From positions 11,656,001 to 11,720,000 of the forward strand of contig CATNEN010000003.1 in the NCBI GenBank assembly GCA_950097015.1: a DNA stretch of 64,000 bases. Direction: 5' to 3'. Position 1 is the first letter of the stretch, and each line of letters begins with the position of its first letter. The position numbers and the translations under genes were made by a program. The notes under the pieces are model-generated. The model did no database searches, was not told the DNA's origin, and saw only the letters and a program-made list of their open reading frames with translations. Below are positions 35,201 to 47,200 of this stretch, one piece after another. The stretch comes from Macrostomum hystrix (Eukaryota > Animalia > Platyhelminthes).

Positions 35201-38200
35201 CGCGATGCAGTGGTGCAGGTTCAGCTGCAGGAAGCTCACCCCAGGAGGGGCGGTCCGTGCGGCTATCTGCTGGCCTACGGCGAGTTGTTCAGGAGCGATT
35301 CCTCGTCCTCGCCGGTGTTTTGCCCGAGCTCCATCGGTTCCTCCTGAATCGGATCCAGAGTTGAGGCCGGGGCTGCCGCAACAGCGGCGTCCGTGTCCTC
35401 AACCCGGTTTTCCGCCGGGGGTTCCGATGAAGTATTGGGCCGGGTGGTGCTGCGGTGGCGTCCACTGTTGGGGTCCGACAGCTGTCTGGCGCGCTGAGTC
35501 AAGCCAGCACGGATGGTGTTACGGGCGGGTTTCCGGCCCTTACCACGTCCGCCTGTCGTTGCGGCTCGCGCGGCTTTGCCCCTGATAGGGTCCGCATCCT
35601 CGGAGTGGTCGTGACGATCAGGAGTCTGTGTTCCAGGGCGCAGGGGCCCGGCAGAGCTCTGGTTCGTCCGTTTCCGCTTTTCCGGGGGCGGCGGGCGAGT
35701 GGCGTCGGACTCGAAGCTGAAAATCTGCATTCGAGTGAGGCCTGCACTGATGTAGGACATGTCTGGGCAGCGGAGCATCCAGCTGTCCGACAATCCTAGG
35801 ATGGCCGTGAAACCGTCTCCACCAGGTCTGGTGATGGTTTCATGAACCACGACACCGTTTGCTGGCAGATCCGGGTGGATTGCCAACAGCAGGCGGCGCA
35901 GTTCTCCGGCGTTGGTGATGGCGCTGCGAGCTGGAATCCAAACACGATGACGGTGTGTCTGGGGGCGCTCGTCCTCCCTGTAGATAAACAGGTTGCCCAT
36001 TTCCGTGCCCCAGTCGAAGGATTTCAGCATCTCGAGGAGTTGCTGTCCGGACTGGTTGTCGGCAGGCTGGACAATGAGGGCTTGGTCCTGGATGTCGGTC
36101 TTCAGGACGTGCAGTACAGTGCCGCTCAGTGCCAGTTTGACCAGATGGGAGTCCAATCTGCGCCAGATCTGGTCGAGTTGCGCTGTTGTGAGGGGCGTCT
36201 CCTGGCCTCGGATAACCAAGGCCGGCTGCCTCTTTGCCATAGCAGCGTAAGTGCGCTTTGGCCTTGTGGTTTGGCCGGCGCCTCCCGCAACGGGCCCCCC
36301 AGCAGTCGTCGGAGTTTCCGGATGACTGTGAGAGGTTCCGCCGCGAGAGGAACCGGATGCCCCAGAGGCCTGGGCGGCACTTTTCCGCGCTTCCGGGTTT
36401 CCCGGACGGCGCGAGGAGTCCGCCTCCTTGTTGGGTGCCGGTTCCTCCGCGATGTTCGCAGAGTTGCCGGCCCCCTCCTCGGAGGCGGTGGTTGGCGCGG
36501 ATTTCGCAGCCAACCGTACTTCCTGTTTTCGCCGCCGGAATTCCTGGAGGCGGGCGAGGCTGCGGGCTTGCGTGGAAGGGGAGCGTTTGCTCTTTGATCC
36601 AGCCGCTCTGGTGTTTTCCTGAGTGGCGGAGGAGCAGGATGAATTTTGGGCGCCGGTGGAACCGGTGTCGCCCTGGCGCTGGTCCTGAGGATCTGCGTCG
36701 CCGGCCGGGGTCGGCGTTTCAGCAGGGTCCTGGGACGTGCTGGAGCTGTAGTGGGACTCCATAGGTCGCTGGAAAAAGAGAAAGAAGAGAATAAAAATAA
36801 AAACCGCTAATGGCCGGATAGACTCCCCGGACCTTTCAGCCCCTCAGCGCGGTGAGACCTTAGGCATAAGAGGACACCTAAAGCAGTGCCAGGCCCGCAG
36901 ACTGGCTGCGTACCCTGTTGAGGTCGAAGGGTGACACCTGTCCCTCAGAGCCGTAGCCAGAGGTACCTGATCACGCACAGGTGCACGAGCGCTGCGGACT
37001 GGCCGCATACCCTGTTAAGGTCAAAGGGTGACACCCTTCCCTCAGAGCCGTAGCCAGAGGTACCTGATCACGCACAGGTGCGCGAGACGCTGCGGACTGG
37101 CCGCATACCCTGTTAAGGTCAAAGGGTGACACCTTTCCCTCAGAGCCGTAGCCAGAGGTACCTGATCACGCACAGGTGCACGAAAACTGCGGACTGGCCG
37201 CATACCCTGTTAAGGTCAAAGGGTGACACCTTTCCCTCAGAGCCGTAGCCAGAGGTACCTGATCACGCACAGGTGCGCGAGACGCTGCGGACTGGCCGCA
37301 TACCCTGTCAAGGTCAAAGGGTAAACACCTCTCCCTCAGAGCCGTAGCCAGAGGTACCTGATCACGCACAGGTGCGCGAGACGCTGCGGACTGGCCGCAT
37401 ACCCTGTCAAGGTCAAAGGGTAACACCTCTCCCTCAGAGCCGTAGCCAGAGGTACCTGATCACGCACAGGTGCACGAAAGCTGCGGACTCGCCGCATACC
37501 CTGTTAAGGTCAAAGGGTGACACCTTTCCCTCCAGCCAGGGCTAGAGGTACCCAGTTTGGCCAGAGGCCCTGGATGGGTCATCCAGCGCTGTAGCCCATT
37601 CTAACAGGTGACACTCCAGTCTAACAGGTGACACTCCAGTCTAACAGGTGACACTCCAGTCTAACAGGTGACACTCCAGTCTAACGGGCGACACTCTGGT
37701 CTAACAGGTGACACCCTCATCTAATAAGTGACACTCTCGTCTAGCAGGTGACACCCTCGTCTAACAGGTGACACCCTCGTCTAACAGGTGACACCCTCGT
37801 CTAGCAGGTGACACCCTCGTCTAACAGGTGACACCCTCGTCTAACAGGTGACACCCTCGTCTAACAGGTGACACCCTCGTCTAACAGGTGAAACCCTCGT
37901 CTAACAGGTGACACTTTAGTCTAACAGGTGACACTTTAGTCTAACAGGTAACACTCTGGTCTAGCAGTGACACTGCTCAATGGTTTCTTGCTCAATTTCT
38001 CAATTTCCAATGTAGTTTTTATCAGTAACGAGAACACCCCAACCGGTGTGTACCTTGGTTTAGTGAGGTGAGAGGTTAGATCGAAGTTTAAATAGCAACC
38101 TTTGAAAACGTTGCATTAAAATATGATAAGCTTGAAATGAATTTTTCTACGACTCATACGCTTGAGTCAGTTGTGGTTTAGGTTGGTTATGTATGAGTTC

Positions 38201-41200
38201 GAGATTGGGTCAGTTAGACATTGGGTCAGTTAGAGATTGAGTCAGTTAGACATTGGGTCAGTTAGAGATTGAGTCAGTTAGAGATTGAGTCAGTTAGACA
38301 TTGGGTCAGTTAGAGATTGAGTCAGTTAGACATTGGGTCAGTTAGAGATTGAGTCAGTTAGAGATTGGGTCAGTTAGAGATTTGGTCAGTTCGAGATTGG
38401 GTCAGTTAGACATTGGGTCAGTTAGAGATTGAGTCAGTTAGAGATTGGGTCAGTTAGAGATTTGGTCAGTTCGAGATTGGGTCAGTTAGACATTGGGTCA
38501 GTTAGAGATTTGGTCAGTTAGATATTGAGTCAGTTAGAGTTTGAGTCAGTTAGAGATTGGGTCAGTTAGAGATTGGGTCAGTTAGAGATTGGGTCAGTTA
38601 GAGATTGGGTCAGTTAGAGATTTGGTCAGTTCGAGATTGGGTCAGTTAGACATTGGGTCAGTTAGAGATTTGGTCAGTTAGATATTGAGTCAGTTAGAGT
38701 TTGAGTCAGTTAGAGATTGGGTCAGTTAGAGATTGGGTCAGTTAGAGATTGGGTCAGTTAGAGATTGGGTCAGTTAGAGATTGGGTCAGTTAGAGATTGG
38801 GTCAGTTAGAGATTGGGTCAGTTAGAGATTGGGTCAGTTAGACATTGGGTCAGTTAGAGATTTGGTCAGTTAGATATTGAGTCAGTTAGAGTTTGAGTCA
38901 GTTAGAGATTGGGTCAGTTAGAGATTGGGTCAGTTAGAGATTGGGTCAGTTAGAGATTGGGTCAGTTAGAGATTGGGTCAGTTAGACATTGGGTCAGTTA
39001 GAGATTGGGTCAGTTTTAGATTGGGTCAGTTAGAGATTGGGTCAGTTAGAGATTGGGTCAGTTAGAGATTGGGTCAGTTAGAGAATGGGTCAGTTAGAGA
39101 TTGGGTTAGTTAGAGATTGGGTCAGTTAGAGATTGGGTCAGTTAGAGAATGGGTCAGTTAGAGATTGGGTCAGTTAGAGAATGGGTCAGTTAGAGAATTG
39201 GTCAGTTAGAGATTGGGTCAGTTAGAGATTGGGTCAGTTAGAGATTGGGTCAGTTTTAGATTGGGTCAGTTAGAGATTGGGTCAGTTAGAGATTGGGTCA
39301 GTTAGAGATAGGGTCAGTTAGAGAATGGGTCAGTTAGAGAATTGGTCAGTTAGAGATTGGGTCAGTTAGAGATTGGGTCAGTTAGAGAATGGGTCAGTTA
39401 GAGAATTGGTCAGTTAGAGATTGGGTCAGTTAGAGATTGGATCAGTTAGAGATTGGGTCAGTTAGAGTTTGAGTCAGTTAGAGATTGGGTCAGTTAGAGA
39501 TTGGGTCAGTTAGAGTTTGAGTCAGTTAGAGATTGCGTCAGTTAGAGATTGGGTCAGTTAGAGATTGGGTCAGTTAGATTTTGAGTCAGTTAGAGTTTGA
39601 GTCAGTTAGAGATTGGGTCAGTTAGAGAATGGGTCAGTTAGAGATTGGGTCAGTTAGAGATTGGGTCAGTTAGAGATTGGGTCAGTTAGAGAATGGGTCA
39701 GTTAGAGATTGGGTCAGTTAGAGAATGGGTCAGTTAGAGAATTGGTCAGTTAGAGATTGGGTCAGTTAGAGATTGGGTCAGTTAGAGATTGGGTCAGTTA
39801 GAGATTGGGTCAGTTAGAGAATGGGTCAGTTAGAGAATTGGTCAGTTAGAGATTGGGTCAGTTAGAGATTAGGTCAGTTAGAGAATGGGTCAGATAGAGA
39901 ATTGGTCAGTTAGAGATTGGGTCAGTTAGAGATTGGATCAGTTAGAGATTGGGTCAGTTAGAGATTGGGTCAGTTAGAGTTTGAGTCAGTTAGAGATTGG
40001 GTCAGTTAGAGATTGGGTCAGTTAGAGTTTGAGTCAGTTAGAGATTGGGTCAGTTAGAGATTGGGTCAGTTAGATATTGGGTCAGTTAGATTTTGAGTCA
40101 GTTAGAGTTTGAGTCAGTTAGAGATTGGGTCAGTTAGATATTGGGTCAGTTAGATTTTGAGTCAGTTAGAGTTTGAGTCAGTTAGAGATTGGGTCAGTTA
40201 GAGATTGAGTCAGTTAGAGTTTGAGTCAGTTAGAGATTGGGTCAGTTAGAGATTGGGTCAGTTAGAGATTGGGTCAGTTAGAGAATGGGTCAGTTAGAGA
40301 ATTGGTCAGTTAGAGATTGGGTCAGTTAGAGATTGGGTCAGTTAGAGAATGGGTCAGTTAGAGAATTGGTCAGTTAGAGATTGGGTCAGTTAGAGATTGG
40401 ATCAGTTAGAGATTGGGTCAGTTAGAGATTGGGTCAGTTAGAGTTTGAGTCAGTTAGAGATTGGGTCAGTTAGAGATTGGGTCAGTTAGAGTTTGAGTCA
40501 GTTAGAGATTGGGTCAGTTAGATATTGGGTCAGTTAGATTTTGAGTCAGTTAGAGTTTGAGTCAGTTAGAGATTGAGTCAGTTAGAGTTTGAGTCAGTTA
40601 GAGATTGGGTCAGTTAGAGATTGGGTCAGTTAGAGATTGGATCAGTTAGAGATTGGGTCAGTTAGAGATTGGGTCAGTTAGAGTTTGAGTCAGTTAGAGA
40701 TTGGGTCAGTTAGAGATTGGGTCAGTTAGAGTTTGAGTCAGTTAGAGATTGGGTCAGTTAGATATTGGGTCAGTTAGAGTTTGAGTCAGTTAGAGATTGA
40801 GTCAGTTTGAGTTTGAGTCAGTTAGAGATTGAGACAGTTAGAGTTTGGGTCAGTTAGAGATTGGGTCAGTTAGAGATTGAGTCAGTTAGAGTTTGAGTCA
40901 GTTAGAGATTGGGTCAGTTAGAGATTGGGTCAGTTAGAGTTTGAGTCAGTTAGAGTTTGAGTCAGTTAGAGATTTGGTCAGTTAGAGATTGGGTCAGTTA
41001 GAGATTGGGTCAGTTAGAGATTGGGTCAGTTAGAGATTGGGTCAGTTAGAGATTGGGTCAGTTTTAGATTGGGTCAGTTGGAGATTGGGTCAGTTAGAGA
41101 TTGGGTCAGTTAGAGATTGGGTCAGTTAGAGAATGGGTCAGACAGAGATTGGGTCAGTTAGAGAATGTGTCAGTTTGAGAATGGGTCAGTTTGAGATTGG

Positions 41201-44200
41201 GTCAGTTAGAGAATGCGTCAGTTAGAGATTGGGTCAGTTTGAGTTTGAGTCAGTTAGAGATTGAGACAGTTAGAGTTTGGGTCAGTTAGAGATTGGGTCA
41301 GTTAGAGATTGAGTCAGTTAGAGTTTGAGTCAGTTAGAGATTGGGTCAGTTAGAGATTGGGTCAGTTAGAGTTTGAGTCAGTTAGAGTTTGAGTCAGTTA
41401 GAGAATTGGTCAGTTAGAGATTGGGTCAGTTAGAGATTAGGTCAGTTAGAGAATGGGTCAGTTAGAGAATTGGTCAGTTAGAGATTGGGTCAGTTAGAGA
41501 TTGGATCAGTTAGAGATTGGGTCAGTTAGAGATTGGGTCAGTTAGAGTTTGAGTCAGTTAGAGATTGGGTCAGTTAGAGATTGGGTCAGTTAGAGTTTGA
41601 GTCAGTTAGAGATTGGGTCAGTTAGAGATTGGGTCAGTTAGATATTGGGTCAGTTAGATTTTGAGTCAGTTAGAGTTTGAGTCAGTTAGAGATTGGGTCA
41701 GTTAGATATTGGGTCAGTTAGATTTTGAGTCAGTTAGAGTTTGAGTCAGTTAGAGATTGGGTCAGTTAGAGATTGAGTCAGTTAGAGTTTGAGTCAGTTA
41801 GAGATTGGGTCAGTTAGAGATTGGGTCAGTTAGAGATTGGGTCAGTTAGAGATTGGGTCAGTTAGAGATTGGGTCAGTTAGAGATTGGGTCAGTTAGAGA
41901 TTGGGTCAGTTTTAGATTGGGTCAGTTAGAGATTGGGTCAGTTAGAGATTGGGTCAGTTAGAGATTGGGTCAGTTAGAGAATGGGTCAGTTAGAGAATTG
42001 GTCAGTTAGAGATTGGGTCAGTTAGAGATTGGGTCAGTTAGAGAATGGGTCAGTTAGAGAATTGGTCAGTTAGAGATTGGGTCAGTTAGAGATTGGATCA
42101 GTTAGAGATTGGGTCAGTTAGAGATTGGGTCAGTTAGAGTTTGAGTCAGTTAGAGATTAGGTCAGTTAGAGATTGGGTCAGTTAGAGTTTGAGTCAGTTA
42201 GAGATTGGGTCAGTTAGATATTGGGTCAGTTAGATTTTGAGTCAGTTAGAGTTTGAGTCAGTTAGAGATTGAGTCAGTTTGAGTTTGAGTCAGTTAGAGA
42301 TTGAGACAGTTAGAGTTTGGGTCAGTTAGAGATTGGGTCAGTTAGAGATTGAGTCAGTTAGAGTTTGAGTCAGTTAGAGATTGGGTCAGTTAGAGATTGG
42401 GTCAGTTAGAGTTTGAGTCAGTTAGAGTTTGAGTCAGTTAGAGATTTGGTCAGTTAGAGATTGGGTCAGTTAGAGATTGGGTCAGTTAGAGATTGGGTCA
42501 GTTAGAGATTGGGTCAGTTTTAGATTGGGTCAGTTAGAGATTGGGTCAGTTAGAGATTGGGTCAGTTAGAGATTGGGTCAGTTAGAGATTGGGTCAGTTA
42601 GAGAATGGGTCAGACAGAGATTGGGTCAGTTAGAGAATGTGTCAGTTTGAGAATGGGTCAGTTTGAGATTGGGTCAGTTAGAGAATGCGTCAGTTAGAGA
42701 TTGGGTCAGTTAGAGATTGGGTCAGTTAGAGATTGGGTCAGTTAGAGAATGGGTCAGTTAGAGATTGGGTCAGTTAGAGTTTGAGTCAGTTAGAGATTGG
42801 GTCAGTTAGAGATTGGGTCAGTTAGAGATTGGGTCAGTTTTAGATTGGGTCAGTTAGAGATTGGGTCAGTTAGAGATTGGGTCAGTTTTAGATTGGGTCA
42901 GTTAGAGATTGGGTCAGTTAGAGATTGGGTCAGTTAGAGATTGGGTCAGTTAGAGATTGGGTCAGTTAGAGAATGGGTCAGTTAGAGATTGGGTCAGTTA
43001 GAGAATGGGTCAGTTAGAGAATTGGTCAGTTAGAGATTGGGTCAGTTAGAGATTGGGTCAGTTAGAGATTGGATCAGTTAGAGATTGGGTCAGTTAGAGA
43101 TTGGGTCAGTTAGAGATTGGGTCAGTTAGAGTTTGAGTCAGTTAGAGATTGGGTCAGTTAGAGATTGGGTCAGTTAGATATTGGGTCAGTTAGATTTTGA
43201 GTCAGTTAGAGATTGGATCAGTTAGAGATTGGGTCAGTTAGAGAATTGGTCAGTTAGAGATTGGGTCAGTTAGAGATTGGATCAGTTAGAGATTGGGTCA
43301 GTTAGAGATTGGGCCAGTTGCTTTTTTGGTCATTAGATTGCACCGAGTACTCACCAAGTTATGACCCGCACCATCATGCAGCAAGTGTCGTTAATGGCAA
43401 CCATCAGGTCAATCAGGTCTCGCGTCTGATTTGACAAGCGTTTAATCACCAAACCGAAGAAAATTGAGAAACTGACGCAAGCTGAATTTGGGGTTGGGTT
43501 GCGCCTTAGTGACAGGCCAATTATGAAACTGAGCACATAAGTAGACTTAAAACTTACCCAGCAAGTTCATATCCTCATATTTATTCGCGTTCTGAAAGAA
43601 GTCCTTTGTTTTATCGCTGTATTTTACAGTATATTTTTCTTTGCGAAATGCTGTTTGAAGTAAACCATCTGGGAAAATGTTTCTGAAATGGGGCACTTCA
43701 TGCAGTGAGAATCAAATGATATTATAAGTTGTAAGTTAATCTATTCTTAGTCTACTCTATATTTTAAGCATCAAGGGATTTGAATTGCTAATCTACTCCA
43801 TGCAGAAGGTATCAAGGGATTTGGATTGCTAATCTACTCCATGCAGAAGGTATCAAGGGATTTGGATTGCTAATCTACTCCATGCAGAAGGTATCAAGGG
43901 ATTTGGATTGCTAATCTACTCCATGCAGAAGGTCTCAAGGGATTTGGATTGCTAATCTACTCCATGCAGAAGGTCTCAAGGGACTTGGATTGCTAATCTA
44001 CTCCATGCAGAAGGTATCAAGGGATTTGGATTGCTAATCTACTCCATGCAGAAGGTCTCAAGGGATTTGGATTGCTAATCTACTCCATGCAGAAGGTCTC
44101 AAGGGATTTGGATTGCTAATCTACTCCATGCAGAAGGTATCAAGGGATTTGGATTGCTAATCTATTCCATGCAGAAGGTATCAAGTGACTTGGATTGCTA

Positions 44201-47200
44201 ATCTACTCCATGCAGAAGGTCTCAAGGGACTTGGATTGCTAATCTACTCCATGCAGAAGGTATCAAGGGATTTGGATTGCTAATCTAATCCATGCAGAAG
44301 GTATCAAGGGATTTGGATTGCTAATCTACTCCATGCATAGGGGAACAAGGGATTTGGATTGCTAATCTACTCCATGCAGAAGGTATCAAGGGACTTTAAT
44401 TGCTTATCTACTTCATGCAGAAGGTATCAAGGGATTTGGATTGCTAATCTACTCCATGCAGAAGGTATCAAGGGACTTGAATTGCTTATCTACTTCATGC
44501 AGAAGGTATCAAGGGATTTGGATTGCTAATCTACTCCATGCAGAAGGTATCAAGGGATTTGGATTGCTAATCTACTCCATGCAGAGGGTATCAAGGGATT
44601 TGGATTGCTAATCTACTCCATGCAGAAGGTATCAAGGGATTTGGATTTCTGTTTATTCTAATTGCAGCGAGAATCATCCGATAGTTGGATATGATTTAGA
44701 ATATATTCTTAACATCAATTTTATTTAGACAATTCGAAACGCACCGTATTAGGTCCAGCATAGTTTCAAGCGCTTTGCTGTTTTTGCTTTCATCGGTCTC
44801 GTAGCCGCTGTTCGGGACCAAATTCTTCAAGTAATTGTTATTGCCTGGCTGAATAATGACCGTTAGAATGATGCCGATTAACACAGCAGCCAAGCACGAG
44901 AAGAAGAAGTATAACAGCATAAAGACATAAATCCGGTTCATAGATTTTATGTTCGGATTAGACAACCCTGGAGTTTAAATTTAAAGTGAAAGTGTTGTAT
45001 CGTGACTTGACTTGAAGTGCGCAGTGTGGGGCTGCACCCCAATTGTTATTGGCGCTGAGTTTAGGACTGCTTGCTCTCTCCCCGCCTGCTCTGTCAGTCA
45101 ATGTACGCTTATGCCTAACCGTCTAATCTATTAGCTGATGCTTTACTCGTATCTGCATGTACATCTATGTGCAATGCCAACTATAATAAATAACAACCTC
45201 TCGCCCATTTGCGGCTCAAGTTTGGCTAGCCAGCCACGACACGACAATGGCATCGCAAGCAGCCAGTGAATTACCTCTCAGCCAGGCTGAGGCCTGGCTG
45301 CAAAGTTTTGAAGCACTGTGCAGGCACAAAAAACTGCAATATACAAACGAAGAGAAGCAGGTGACAGACCTCTTCCTTGCTCGAGCAGGAATCAATGCAG
45401 TCCGATCCGTCTCTATCATGGCAAAGCCGAAAAACATTGAGGATATGACCTTCAAGGACATCAAGAAAATGATCATCGGGCGACTCCAGCCCAAAAAGAA
45501 ACTGGTGATTGCAGAGCGCACAAGGTTCATGTCCCAGCGGCAGCTGTCAACAGAGTCGGCCCAGCAGTTCGCGGAGCGCTTGAGAGACGCGGCAAAGCAC
45601 TGTGAGTTTGACAAGCTCAACGAACAAGGCTGCAAACAGTCAGCCGAGGATGACTTGATCCAAACACTGCTGATCAGCGGCTTATGCGACCGCAGCCAGC
45701 GGACCAAAACACTTGAGCACATTCAGAGCTCTGAGAATCCAGTGACTCTGGACACGTGTCTGCAGTACATCCAGCAGTTAGAGCTCATCCAGAGCTACAG
45801 CTCAAGCGACCGATCTGCTGAAGCCCGAGAGCCTAGCAGAAGCTCCGAGATGGCTGAGAGTTCGACACCAGTTGCCAGCATCGACAGGAACCGCAATAGC
45901 GGTGCTCAGTGCAGGTCGTGTGGTCTGCAGCACCAGCCAGGCAAATGCCCTGCATTCGGGAAGACTTGTAACAAATGCCACCGCAGGAACCACTTTGCTG
46001 CAGTCTGCAGGAGCAGCGCCAAGTCCAAGTCGGTTGCACATGCCCATGAAATCGACACGAGCGAGTGTGAGCAGGCAGGCATCTACACCATTGTCGGCAA
46101 CGAGAGCGGCAGCGGCAGCATAAAAACTGTGCTCATTGAAGTCAAGCCGTTCAAAATGCAGCTCGACTCTGGATCCGGTGCGAGCATCATTCCGATAAAC
46201 TTCTGGAGGAGCCTCGGTGAGCCCAAGCTACGAAAGTCCAAGTTGAGACTGCGACAATTTGACGGAACTAGAACCAGAACTAGAGGATGCTTCACGGCGC
46301 TCATCGAAGTCGGGAGACAAATCGCCTGTGCGGACGTGACGGTCACTGAGTGCACAAAGGAGCACGGCCTCATCGGAACAGACGTGCTGGACTTCAAGCT
46401 GGACACAGCGACTGTCAATCAAGTGGAGCGCAGCAGCAAACCGCTAGGCAAGCTCAAAGGTTTCCGTGCTCGGGTCTTGCTCAGGGAGAATGCTCAGCCC
46501 AGCTTTTTCGATGCCCGGCCGCTCCCGATTCATCTCAAGCCGCTGGTGGTGGCTAAGCTGCGGACGATGATCGACGCCGGGATCCTCGAGCCTGTGCCGC
46601 CAGGCGGCAGCAGGTGGGCATCGCCCATTGTAGTGGTGCGCAAGGCCGACGGAGACCTGAGAATCTGCTCCGACTACAAGGTCGGGGTGAACCCGAAGAT
46701 CTGCTCTGACGCCTACCCACTGCCCAACATCGAGCAAGCCTTCAGTGCCCTGGCAGGTATGAAGCACTTCGCAATTGTAGACTTAACAAATGCCTACAAC
46801 CAGATTGAGCTAGACGAGGCTTCCAGAGAAATACTCACCATCAAAACGCCCCTAGGCCTGCTCAGATGGACGCGCATGCCATTCGGGGTGAAGACGGCCA
46901 GTGCGCAGTTCCAGGCGGCCATGGAGGCAACGGTCGGCGGTGCGGTCAGCAACCTGGTGATCTACCAAGACGACATGTGCGTTGGCGCCACCACAGCGGA
47001 CGAATTGGACAGCAAAGTCCGGGACCTGCTGAGAGCGCTTTCTGATGCCGGCATGTCGATCAACGAAAAAAAATGCGTTTTCCGCAGCACGGAAATCAGT
47101 TTCCTTGGCTACCGCATCGCGGCTGACGGCGTGCGCCCTGATCGGAAGCTGGTGGAGAAAATACTCGGCGTGAGCACCCCGGCGAGCAAAAAGGAACTCG

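Larger units (their letters stand above)
31449..37599 (-). mobile_element. Full-length non-LTR retrotransposon with APE-RT-RNase H (LOA/Lian-like)
   Basis: Two intact ORFs; short A tail (GTCAAAA); flanked by TCTAACAGGTGAC on both sides (31436-31448, 37600-37612); repetitive 5' UTR. Confidence 0.93.

Noticed and set aside
36830-36895. HDV-like ribozyme next to the repeats
   Set aside because: Partial resemblance (TCCTC loop, GG, hairpin, GCTGA), but P1, P2 and P3 could not be assigned consistently.
36960-37500. Hammerhead ribozyme (CTGATCA...GAAA on + strand)
   Set aside because: The core is CTGATCA rather than CTGANGA, GAAA is absent from most units, and there is no stem III/UH site.
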